DNA of 63,212 bases from a virus (lineage: Duplodnaviria; Caudoviricetes): positions 1-63,212 of the IMG/VR virus record IMGVR_UViG_3300044638_007250; one strand, 5' to 3'. Each line of letters begins with the position of its first letter. Positions within the stretch are counted from its first letter, which is position 1. A program made the position numbers and the translations under genes. Shown in pieces: positions 49,460 through 58,936 of the stretch. The notes below the pieces were generated by a model, which saw only the letters and a list, made by a program, of their open reading frames with translations, made no database searches and was not told the origin of the DNA.

Positions 49460-50989
49460 ATGAAAAAAACAAAAGAGAAAATCCAACAACTAGAGTTACA
49501 GATACTTGAAAATCACGTAACAAAAGAAAAAGAGTTGTTGATTACAGAAATGAAGAAAATCGGAATAGAGAAACTACCTTATTCCTACTCAGCCCTCAAA
49601 CAATTTATTGACCCCGAAACCATGAGTTTCCATTACAATAAACACTACAAAGGGTATGTGGATAAATTAAACGACGCACTTTCAAAAAAGAAATACGGAG
49701 ATTTAGATTTAGAAAAAATTATTAAAACAATTAGTCGTTTTGATAAAACAATTCGAAACAACGCAGGTGGAGCGTTTAACCACGCATTGTTTTGGAATAT
49801 GTTAACTCCCGAACCAAAGAAACTTACAGGTGAACTTTACAAAAAGATTACTAAACAGTGGGGTACATTTACAAACTTCAAAAAAGAATTTGAAAAAATT
49901 GCCAAAGAAAGATTTGGTTCAGGTTGGGTATGGTTAGTTTTAACAACTAAAAACACATTGAAGATTATGTCGACCCCAAACCAAGATAATCCATTGATGA
50001 ATGTAATTGAAGGTGGGGGATTTCCATTGTTGGGATTAGATTTGTGGGAACACGCATATTATTTGAAGTACAGAAACAAAAGAGACGAATATATTGTAAA
50101 CTTTTGGAAAGTTGTGAATTGGGATTTTGTAACTAAAATGTACGAAATGAAAATTGAAACCAAGTTATTAGAATCAACAAAAATGAAACAGGTTTTAAGT
50201 GAGGGTAAATCTGAAATGTGTTCCAAATCAGAAAACGAATTTTATAGAATGTTATTCAATGTAAACCAAGAAATTAAATGGACATACATGAATGGTATTA
50301 ATAAAATTCTTAGAGAAGTTTTTAGTGAAAACTTTATTGAAAAACCTGAGAACAACCAATTGTCGGGGGTTTATGACCTTGAGGGACCTGGTAGGTCTGT
50401 AATTAATAAGTTGAATACTAACTACACGGCATTTTGTATTTTATTAAAAGATATTAATCAAGTTATTGCGACCATACCAAATAAAAATCCTATTGTTTTT
50501 ATTGACAAAACTCCCGCAGAACAAAAGAAAGAGGTTGAAAGGCTTGTTGGGGCTTTAAACCATTTCAAATATAGAATTTTTGATAAAGAAAGTTCAACAC
50601 TACATAATTTATTAAGAACGTTAACCGAAAAAGATAAAGCGGGTAGTAAGAGAGAGGAAATCACTGCAGCAATACTTAAAAGATTTTTTGGTAAATCGGC
50701 GAAAGTTGAATTAGTTGGTGAATTAGGTAACAAAAAAGATGCAATTCAAGGTGTTGATTTAGAGATTACAAAGGACGGCCAATTACATACCGCACAAGTA
50801 AAACCATATAGAGAAATGAAAATCGGTGAAGATGGAATTACTTTAGAAGGTACCGCAAGTGTTAAATTATATAAGACAGATTGGATGGTTTTTCAAAAAG
50901 GTAAGAATGTTTTAGTCTTTAATCAAAAACCAAAAATTGTTGGTGGTAATTTTGTTTTCCCATCCGAGTCACTTTTATATAACATATAA
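49460..50989 (+). CDS. Mn/Fe superoxide dismutase fused to a C-terminal domain (PD-(D/E)XK-like)
   Basis: 509 aa; HYNKH, NNAGGAFNHALFW, FGSGW, NQDNP, DLWEHAYY; C-terminal E...D..QGVDL...AQVK. Confidence 0.85.
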   Translation: MKKTKEKIQQLELQILENHVTKEKELLITEMKKIGIEKLPYSYSALKQFIDPETMSFHYNKHYKGYVDKLNDALSKKKYGDLDLEKIIKTISRFDKTIRNNAGGAFNHALFWNMLTPEPKKLTGELYKKITKQWGTFTNFKKEFEKIAKERFGSGWVWLVLTTKNTLKIMSTPNQDNPLMNVIEGGGFPLLGLDLWEHAYYLKYRNKRDEYIVNFWKVVNWDFVTKMYEMKIETKLLESTKMKQVLSEGKSEMCSKSENEFYRMLFNVNQEIKWTYMNGINKILREVFSENFIEKPENNQLSGVYDLEGPGRSVINKLNTNYTAFCILLKDINQVIATIPNKNPIVFIDKTPAEQKKEVERLVGALNHFKYRIFDKESSTLHNLLRTLTEKDKAGSKREEITAAILKRFFGKSAKVELVGELGNKKDAIQGVDLEITKDGQLHTAQVKPYREMKIGEDGITLEGTASVKLYKTDWMVFQKGKNVLVFNQKPKIVGGNFVFPSESLLYNI

Positions 50990-51012
50990 TAAACTAAAAG
51001 ATATTTATTAGT

Positions 51013-52134
51013 ATGTCAGTTATACCAGAACCAGAAAGGTCAAAAATTTATACAAGAATTAAACACCTATTAGGTGCACCATTACGTAGTGTTGAAGTCA
51101 CTGACGAAATGATGGATTCTTTAATGGAATTATCTATTCAAGATTACGAACAGTACATTTTGAATTGGTTGATTGATAGTCAGTGGGTTAACTTAGTTAA
51201 TCTTAACATGACAGAAAAATCTGTTGCAAAAGCGTTGATTACAAGAACTATGGATTTTGAACAACAGTTTTCATACTCGTATTCTAAAATTGTTGGTCTA
51301 CAAGCACAAGGTCCTTGGGTTTTAAAGAAAGACTATATTGTTCTTGAACGTGATAAACAAAACTATGAAATTCCTGCTGGTCGTGAAATTAATGAAGTTT
51401 TATGGTTTAGTAATCAACCATGGACCGCATTTGGTATGGGTGGTATTGGTGGATTTGGTGGTGTTGGTTTAGGAGCCAATGAGGCAGGTTTTGCTCAAAT
51501 GGGTTATCAAGGTTCTTATTTTATGATGTCAGGTTTTGACTACTTGATAAGAATGCAAGAAGCAAACATCTTAAACAGAATTCTTGGTGGTTCTTTAACT
51601 TATAGAATTACTGCATTACCTGATGGTAAAAAAGATTTACAACTTTACAACGCACCTGGTAATAACTTTAACTGGAGTCAATATAGTAATTATGTTGGTA
51701 AAGCCGTATGGTATTGGTATTACGATGTAACACCTGATAGTAGAGCAGATTGTTTAAAAAACAATCCCGATGTAATTAAAATGCCTAATGATGTTCCATT
51801 AGAAGAACTTACTTGGTCAGATTTAAATGTACCTGCACAACAGTGGGTGAGAAGATGGTTCACGGCTTATGTTAAAGAAACATTAGGTCGAGTTAGAGGG
51901 AAATATAGTGGAAACTTAAAAACTCCTGACTCAGAATTACAAATGGATTACACAAGTCTATTAACTGAGGGTAAAGACGAAAAAACAAAATTAATAGAAG
52001 AACTTACAGGTGCTGAAGGTTGGTTAACCAGATTGAGACCTGAAAAAGTAATGGAAAAAGAAGCGTTAATTGCAGAAAACTTAAATAAACAAATGAAGTT
52101 TAGAGCAATGCCTCGTCAAATATATGTAATTTAA
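51013..52134 (+). CDS. Neck / head-tail adaptor protein (gp13-like)
   Basis: 373 aa; IKHLLGAPLRSVEVTDE N-terminus; W.RRW..A..KE.LG.VRGKY. Confidence 0.75.
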   Translation: MSVIPEPERSKIYTRIKHLLGAPLRSVEVTDEMMDSLMELSIQDYEQYILNWLIDSQWVNLVNLNMTEKSVAKALITRTMDFEQQFSYSYSKIVGLQAQGPWVLKKDYIVLERDKQNYEIPAGREINEVLWFSNQPWTAFGMGGIGGFGGVGLGANEAGFAQMGYQGSYFMMSGFDYLIRMQEANILNRILGGSLTYRITALPDGKKDLQLYNAPGNNFNWSQYSNYVGKAVWYWYYDVTPDSRADCLKNNPDVIKMPNDVPLEELTWSDLNVPAQQWVRRWFTAYVKETLGRVRGKYSGNLKTPDSELQMDYTSLLTEGKDEKTKLIEELTGAEGWLTRLRPEKVMEKEALIAENLNKQMKFRAMPRQIYVI

Positions 52135-52137
52135 TTT

Positions 52138-52473
52138 ATGGCAATTATAAGAACAATACCATCTACAAGACTAATTAATGGTGAAATCCTTGAGACTTCC
52201 GAAATATCTATTGTATCTGAAAAAGAATACAGAACAAACGGTGAGGAATGTGTTATTATTAGAAATATTTCAGAATCTACAGTAATCTTAGACTCAAAAA
52301 CTACAGACCATGTAGTTGTTAAATCTATGACAAATTTAACAATCAAACCTGATATTGGTAGAATAGACGAAGATTACGATGAAATAGTTGCCGACAAATA
52401 TGCTTGTATTGAGTTTAGATTCTGTGCGGGTAATTGGTACATCCTATCATCAGACGGTCTCAAGAATTCCTAA
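52138..52473 (+). CDS. Hypothetical protein
   Basis: 111 aa beta-rich ORF ending GNWYIL. Confidence 0.6.
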   Translation: MAIIRTIPSTRLINGEILETSEISIVSEKEYRTNGEECVIIRNISESTVILDSKTTDHVVVKSMTNLTIKPDIGRIDEDYDEIVADKYACIEFRFCAGNWYILSSDGLKNS

Positions 52474-55179
52474 TTTTTCTTTCCAATCCTCTTCAGCAAA
52501 GTCATACATATAGTCAGGGCTTAATCCTCTTTTTTCCCAATATTTCAATTCTTGTTCAGTAACATCAAGTACATCTTCTTCTAATCTATCTTGGTCACCA
52601 TCACCTAATGGATGTCCGTTAATTAATTCACATTGTGCCTTTGTAAAGATACCTCGTTTTTCAGGGTCACTAACAATTAAGTTATTTCTAACCTCATCTT
52701 GAAATACAACCATTAATGGTTCCATTCTCTTATTGAATGTTGAGATTGCTCTTGGTACATTATAGTCACCCGTTAAGTTTGGGTTGTTTTCCAATATATC
52801 TTTACTTAACATATAACAATTAAGTTGGACCCCATCACCTTTTTTCTGTACATCACCATGAGATGCTCTTAATCCGTTATTTACATACATAATAACATCA
52901 CCAAGATTAACTGCAAGATTTTCGTGTAATGCAAGTTCCATGTGAGCCATACGACTCATACTATTACCCGCTTTGGTTTTAGTGTTTAATCGTTTCTTAT
53001 AATCATCAAGAGATAATTTAACTTTAGCTCGTTGTGCAATCTTACTTAATGGAATTTGTTTGTCAAAAATCTTTTGTAGGTATTCATAATAATACTCAAC
53101 AAACGACTGACCATCACCTTCTAATAACATCTTAATTCCTTTATCCAAGAACTCCTCAATATAGATTGGAAGTTTCTTAGACTTGATACTATTACCCGTC
53201 AATTTGATTTTACCCTTGGCATCCATAACCGCATAGTTCTTACGAGCCAAGTTAATACATGACGGCCAAACCCCATCCGTATCGAGTGCCATCTCACCTC
53301 TCATGAATATGTCATTGTATTCTGCCACGTCAGCTTCAGGTCCATAATATTCTTTACCCAACTTAACTTTCCAATTCAATCCACGACCAACATAAACTCT
53401 GTCTTTCGCGTCATCAGGAGTTGAGAAGTTCACACCGTCCGTATCCATTACCAAAGGAACATACCCTTTTGTCATAAAGAACTTAATCATCTGACGTAGG
53501 TATTGTCTACCAGTACAAGTAATCTGTTCACCCATATACATGTCTCCCCACGCAAATACCTGTGGAGCCGACAACGCACCGAACATCGAGTTGATGAAAA
53601 TCTTAATCGGTAATTGTTTGTTACCATATGACTCTGATTTCTTACGGTCAGTTTCGTAGAATTCTTCCGCAAGTTGTTTGTATTTGATACGAGTATCACG
53701 GAAGTATTTTAACATTCCTTTCATCGCACCTGTTACGTCACACTTAGGGAATACATCGTGTACCAACTGAATAGATGGATACAGAGACGAAAAGTCGAGC
53801 TTAAGTACGTTCTTACTATAACCAACTTTAAGTAGTCGTGAGAGACCTCCTACGAAGTCTGTTTTACCCTGTTTTTCAGGGATTGCAAGTCCGTGTTTGT
53901 AAGACCAAGCCAACATCAACATCTTCCATAGAGTTGCGGTACCCATTGTAGATACTCTCTCATATGTTGTTGGAATCATCGCTGCAAGTAGGAAAGAACC
54001 CTGATTAAACTCTTGGTCAACCTTTAAGGTTTCATCTAAGTCATCGTCAAGATACATCTCAACAATCTTGTCACCTGTAATCTTTTTATATACGTTAGGG
54101 AACTTTGTGTCTAAGTTATCGTACGCAGGATTGTTAGCTTTCTTGTAGTTACCATTCTGAGTGTTTAACCAATACTCCTCTTTGTTAAGGAACATCTTAC
54201 CGATATTATCGTGGTCAATATAAACACGACTTGGTGATTCGGCATTGATATACTTTGTAATATATTTCAAACCTGCCGCCTTGATACTTGAATTGATTGC
54301 TTGAGCTCTACGAACTGCGTGAATAATGTCGATTACGTTATATCCCCAAATTGAAGTTTGAGTATATGTCTCCACCTCGTTGGCAAGTTTCAACATCCCG
54401 TCTTTTCTTGTAAATGAATGTTGGGGGTGTAATGACTTACAAATCTTTTTAGGGTCAATTCCCAAAATTTTACAACGTTCAAAAATCCAATGCCAGTCAA
54501 AGTTCGCAGAATTGTAACCACCGATGATACTTGGTTTTAATTCGTTGATTACGTTGAAGAACTCGATGATTGCATTTCGTTCTTCAGATTCATCAATACA
54601 TTCGATAACTCTGTGGTATCCTTTATTCGTTTTAATTCCAATCATGAAGATACGACCGTCCTGTGGTTCAAGAGCGGTCGTCTCTAAGTCATATACAAGT
54701 CGGGTGACTTCATCGTAATTCTCGAAGCCCTTAAATAGTCGTTTTTCTTTTGAGATGAGGTATTGTTCTACAGGTGGTAGGATAATGATTTTATCCTTTG
54801 TTTTTTCACCCCACGGGTCACATCCACCTTCTCGGAAGAATTGAATAAGTTCACGATAACCTTTAAGAGATTTGACCATAAAGGTCATGCCTCTTTCTAG
54901 TCTTTCATCACCATGAGTTTCCAATTTGTCAATCATGATACCATGTTTAGTCATGGCTTCTTTTTGGGCTGCTTTGGAACCACCGTAGAAGTTAATATTG
55001 CGTAAATCACCTACCCAAGCGAATGGGGTAAATGTATCCTTACGGATTTCTTTTCCTTTACCAGGAATTTCTTTGATTTTGTAAATGGAGTTGGATGCGT
55101 AGTCAAATTCGATTGCTACTATAAATTCTTCAGGGTCATTCCCGTGCAAGAAAGATTCAATTTCTTCGTTAGATATCAT
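52450..55179 (-). CDS. DNA polymerase family B with 3'-5' exonuclease
   Basis: 909 aa; Exo I YDLET, Exo II YNSANFD, motif A DFSSLYPS, motif B KIFINSMFG, motif C DTDG, KNY. Confidence 0.95.
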   Translation of the reverse strand: MISNEEIESFLHGNDPEEFIVAIEFDYASNSIYKIKEIPGKGKEIRKDTFTPFAWVGDLRNINFYGGSKAAQKEAMTKHGIMIDKLETHGDERLERGMTFMVKSLKGYRELIQFFREGGCDPWGEKTKDKIIILPPVEQYLISKEKRLFKGFENYDEVTRLVYDLETTALEPQDGRIFMIGIKTNKGYHRVIECIDESEERNAIIEFFNVINELKPSIIGGYNSANFDWHWIFERCKILGIDPKKICKSLHPQHSFTRKDGMLKLANEVETYTQTSIWGYNVIDIIHAVRRAQAINSSIKAAGLKYITKYINAESPSRVYIDHDNIGKMFLNKEEYWLNTQNGNYKKANNPAYDNLDTKFPNVYKKITGDKIVEMYLDDDLDETLKVDQEFNQGSFLLAAMIPTTYERVSTMGTATLWKMLMLAWSYKHGLAIPEKQGKTDFVGGLSRLLKVGYSKNVLKLDFSSLYPSIQLVHDVFPKCDVTGAMKGMLKYFRDTRIKYKQLAEEFYETDRKKSESYGNKQLPIKIFINSMFGALSAPQVFAWGDMYMGEQITCTGRQYLRQMIKFFMTKGYVPLVMDTDGVNFSTPDDAKDRVYVGRGLNWKVKLGKEYYGPEADVAEYNDIFMRGEMALDTDGVWPSCINLARKNYAVMDAKGKIKLTGNSIKSKKLPIYIEEFLDKGIKMLLEGDGQSFVEYYYEYLQKIFDKQIPLSKIAQRAKVKLSLDDYKKRLNTKTKAGNSMSRMAHMELALHENLAVNLGDVIMYVNNGLRASHGDVQKKGDGVQLNCYMLSKDILENNPNLTGDYNVPRAISTFNKRMEPLMVVFQDEVRNNLIVSDPEKRGIFTKAQCELINGHPLGDGDQDRLEEDVLDVTEQELKYWEKRGLSPDYMYDFAEEDWKEKLGILETV

Positions 55180-55267
55180 AATATTATTTCGTTGGTTTAT
55201 TAGCTCTCACACCATCGTGAGGTTTACCTTCGTAAATAAATATAAATGAAAAATCTATTTAATCAAA

Positions 55268-55645
55268 TTAACAACAAGCAGTTTCTGAAATAAAACTTGG
55301 TTGAACATTGATGTACAACTCTTCTCTGATTGGGAGAATTAAATTACCTTCATCATTCTTGATTAAGAACTGACCAACATACCTACCTGGTGTGTTAGTA
55401 TCTCTTGCTGTAAATTTGTAGTAGATATAATATTCAGGTGTCGCACCCAATGGTAAGATAAGTGAAACGATTTCACAAGGAGCTGACACAATTTTAGGAA
55501 TTTCAGTTTCGACATCAATCATTGTGAAGAAAATAGTAGAAACTTCTAAGTCCTGCATCAGTTCCAAGTAACCCGCTCTACCATCTTTAACTACTTGCAT
55601 TTTTAATACAGGTAGTGTCGCATTTTGTTTAATAAAGAATTCCAT
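55268..55645 (-). CDS. BppU-like small structural protein
   Basis: 125 aa; FIKQNATLP...DTNTPGRYVGQF resembles BppU-type Ig-like domains. Confidence 0.5.
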   Translation of the reverse strand: MEFFIKQNATLPVLKMQVVKDGRAGYLELMQDLEVSTIFFTMIDVETEIPKIVSAPCEIVSLILPLGATPEYYIYYKFTARDTNTPGRYVGQFLIKNDEGNLILPIREELYINVQPSFISETACC

Positions 55646-55661
55646 AACAATAAATATATTG

Positions 55662-57338
55662 TTATGACTCTTTTCTTAAACTTCTTTCATAATGTTCAAA
55701 ACGGTCGTGTTCTGTTGGTGTCATTAATAATAAACCAGGATATAATTCACCTTTCTTAACTAATTGATACATGTGACTCATCCATGTTTGTTCGAATGGG
55801 TGTCCCCATGTTGTATCCAAAAACATTTTTTGATTTCCTGTTCTTGTTACGATTTGAGGCCAATTACAATAATATACTTCACCTGTTACGTATGGAATAC
55901 CTTGAAACGAATTAATCGAATCATATGATGCTCTTGGCGCATTTGGGTCTAAACCAATATTAGGTAACCTGTTTTTACCTGGCCAATATTTTTCTCTAAC
56001 ATCTTGAGGTACATTATACCAAGACCACTGAGTACCATTATCCCCAAAGAACTCACTATAGTTAAGTTTTAGGAAATCAAAGTTTTCTTTTTTAACAATT
56101 TGTAATGTCTTAGAATAAAGATTTGGTACGTATCGATTAAATCCATTTCTACAAACTTCTCCTTCATGAGGATAAAAGAACATATCATCTTCAAAGAATA
56201 AATAAAAATCTAAATCTGTTTCATTTTGGAAATGTTCCGCAATCCATTGACGACCACCACAAATACCTAAATTGTCTTTCTTAATGTGTTCAAAACCATT
56301 TTCCTCACATAATTTTGCGTAATCCTCAAATGTTGATTCATCACTTGAGTTATCCAATAAAAACTTTTTAGTCTTTAATAAATAATCTTTATCGTAAGCA
56401 TTCATCGATTCAATCAAAGTTGAGAATTGTTTTGGACTATTAAATGTAATCACATATAAACCAACTTTATTAATGTCTAAAGAATTTGTAATACCCCTTG
56501 GACTTTCAGATTTAGGAACCAATTCATTGTTCTTTAGTTCTTCAAAAAATTTACCGACCAACCCATTAGATTCAATTTCAAAATAATTAATTAAATCAGA
56601 ATGTTTATAACACATAACACTAAAGATGGATTCTTCTGTACCCATGTATCCTTCATCTAATGTTGTCTTTAATAAATTATAATAAATCCCATTAATATCT
56701 GCAATAGAATGTTTTGGTCCTCCAAAGAAACCACCACGAGCCACTTTGTTAACTTTAGCACCAGCGAGTGAGTTTAGTTTTTCATATTCAAAACCATGAA
56801 TTTCTCTTTCTGCATCATAAGGAAAACAAATGAATGAAAACTTTGAAATATATTTTGATAAATTATTGAATACTTTGTCATGGGTAAAGTAACCTTGGTG
56901 TACTGTATTTGTTAGTCCTCCGTCAATCCAAAACATATATTCAGAATCAAACCTATCCATAATTTTCGCGTCATGTAATAAGAATACTTTTGACATAACT
57001 AATGGATTATAGATTTCTAATCTACCTTGTGTAGATTCTTTTAACCATCCTGCCAAATTTTGCCAGTTCTCGTTAGTTCTAATCTTTTGGATTTTATCAA
57101 AAAACTCAGATTCAGTAAACCAAGATAATGGTCTCATAATAAATTGTGTATTATCAGGACTACGTCTTTCAAATACAAATTTTTGGAGTTCTTCATCACC
57201 AAAAATAATCATGTTCTCCTCACACTTTAAAAGTTGTTCAAACTTATCTAAATAATGTTGAAATGGTCGTGACCATCCTTCTGATAACTCACCTCTACCA
57301 ATATCCCAAATACCTGTTACTAATGTTATATTACTCAT
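55662..57338 (-). CDS. HtrL/WlaTC-like glycosyltransferase fused to a GT-A (GT2-like) domain
   Basis: 558 aa; ITLVTGIWDIGR, FWIDGG, GGFFGG, TEES; second half VITFN, LDNSSD, NLGICGGR, FFEDD. Confidence 0.7.
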   Translation of the reverse strand: MSNITLVTGIWDIGRGELSEGWSRPFQHYLDKFEQLLKCEENMIIFGDEELQKFVFERRSPDNTQFIMRPLSWFTESEFFDKIQKIRTNENWQNLAGWLKESTQGRLEIYNPLVMSKVFLLHDAKIMDRFDSEYMFWIDGGLTNTVHQGYFTHDKVFNNLSKYISKFSFICFPYDAEREIHGFEYEKLNSLAGAKVNKVARGGFFGGPKHSIADINGIYYNLLKTTLDEGYMGTEESIFSVMCYKHSDLINYFEIESNGLVGKFFEELKNNELVPKSESPRGITNSLDINKVGLYVITFNSPKQFSTLIESMNAYDKDYLLKTKKFLLDNSSDESTFEDYAKLCEENGFEHIKKDNLGICGGRQWIAEHFQNETDLDFYLFFEDDMFFYPHEGEVCRNGFNRYVPNLYSKTLQIVKKENFDFLKLNYSEFFGDNGTQWSWYNVPQDVREKYWPGKNRLPNIGLDPNAPRASYDSINSFQGIPYVTGEVYYCNWPQIVTRTGNQKMFLDTTWGHPFEQTWMSHMYQLVKKGELYPGLLLMTPTEHDRFEHYERSLRKES

Positions 57339-58212
57339 AAATTCTATTAAATTCTTCTAATATTCTATAAAAACTTTTATTTTGTTGGAACATCTCTTCA
57401 GATACTCCTTGTGGGGCATTGTCTCTACACCACCATATATCGAAATGTTTACGTTCAAATAGTTCACGATGATTTACATACATAAGACTCATAACTTGTT
57501 CTTCATGTGGAAGACCTTCATCTTCAGTAAGAATATCACTTACGTATTTCTCGAATAAATTTACAACTTCATCCCACTTGTCTTTATGACCACCAAACAT
57601 ACCACCAATGATGTGAATACTTCTATCGTATTCTTCATACCATTTAGGGTTTACAGTACCTGACCAATAATTTCTATCATTCTCTTTACCAAGAAGTAAG
57701 AACTTATCATTAGTATCAACAATTAAATTTTTAAGAAAATCATTATTGAATAACGTACTTTCATAGTATCTACCTTGAGGGTGAGTATCTGGTAGATATT
57801 TGTTTGGTATTAAACCACAATGTGATAAACCAGCATCAATCCAATAGTAGTAATCGTAGGATTTATCCTCATTCCACCACCAATGGAATTTAGAGTATTG
57901 AATTTCAATACATCTATCCCCTTGTTTAATTTGGTCAATATTCTTTCTAGTGTTAATTAATTCTCTGAATTTAGTTTCAGAAATATCGAATATTTTAAAT
58001 TGTAATTTTTCGGGTGATATTGAGTTCTCATCATAAAAAAAAGTTTTTAATGATTCAATCTCTCGGTCTGAAGTGTAACATAGGAAATCAGCATCGGTCA
58101 TCTTTAATAATGAAAGAAGGCTATAACGATAATGTCCACTTCTACCTACTCTACCACCGAATTCAGTTCCGTGTAAGTCACTGTATATTGATGTAATAAA
58201 TTTAACTGACAT
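57331..58212 (-). CDS. HtrL/WlaTC-like glycosyltransferase
   Basis: 293 aa; YWIDAG, IGGMFGG, EEQVM; paralogous to the N-half of the neighbouring gene. Confidence 0.65.
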   Translation of the reverse strand: MSVKFITSIYSDLHGTEFGGRVGRSGHYRYSLLSLLKMTDADFLCYTSDREIESLKTFFYDENSISPEKLQFKIFDISETKFRELINTRKNIDQIKQGDRCIEIQYSKFHWWWNEDKSYDYYYWIDAGLSHCGLIPNKYLPDTHPQGRYYESTLFNNDFLKNLIVDTNDKFLLLGKENDRNYWSGTVNPKWYEEYDRSIHIIGGMFGGHKDKWDEVVNLFEKYVSDILTEDEGLPHEEQVMSLMYVNHRELFERKHFDIWWCRDNAPQGVSEEMFQQNKSFYRILEEFNRIYE

Positions 58213-58936
58213 ATGTAAATTCTTTGTGTTGTTTATTTCTTTTCATTTCATCGGTGAGCGGTCCATTTAAATATTCTGAAGGTATTTTACAAGGACTATA
58301 TTGATTCCAATTATATGTTTGAGTGTAAAAATTATTGTATTGTCCTTGTGACACATCTGACCAACTACTTATTTGTGGAGCAATTGGTAAAATAGGACAA
58401 TAACTTTGTTTAAGTGGTAATACAAATTGGTAGATATAATCGTCAATTGCATAAAATCTTAAATTTTCAGGGATTTCCATTTTAAGTACCTCATCATATA
58501 TCGACTCATGATATAATATCATATTGGTTGCAAATATACCTCTTTCATGTTCTTTCTTTGGGGGTAAGTTTGTTATGTCCAAAAATAATGGTTGTTCCTC
58601 ACTACGATTAACATTTCTGTTTAGTGTTGGTGCAAAATTGATAACACCAAATTCAAACTCATCTGTTTCGGTTTCAATCTTATTAATTAAATCTTTGGAG
58701 TATGGTAAAAAAGTACAGTCGTCCTCAATAACTAAAACGGATTTATAACCACGTTCCTTTGCAATTTTAATTATTTCTACATGAGATAAAGTACAACCAC
58801 CATGATGGTTCAAATCAACCGCTTTAAATAATTCGTAATCCCAACCAATATAATCCATTTCTTTTTGGATATGTTCTAATCGGTCAGGTCGTCTTTCTAA
58901 ATTAACGACAAACTTAGGGATACTACAAATATTCAT
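58202..58936 (-). CDS. Glycosyltransferase family 25
   Basis: 244 aa; VNLERRPDR, FKAVD, GCTLSH, VLVIEDD. Confidence 0.85.
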   Translation of the reverse strand: MNICSIPKFVVNLERRPDRLEHIQKEMDYIGWDYELFKAVDLNHHGGCTLSHVEIIKIAKERGYKSVLVIEDDCTFLPYSKDLINKIETETDEFEFGVINFAPTLNRNVNRSEEQPLFLDITNLPPKKEHERGIFATNMILYHESIYDEVLKMEIPENLRFYAIDDYIYQFVLPLKQSYCPILPIAPQISSWSDVSQGQYNNFYTQTYNWNQYSPCKIPSEYLNGPLTDEMKRNKQHKEFTYVS

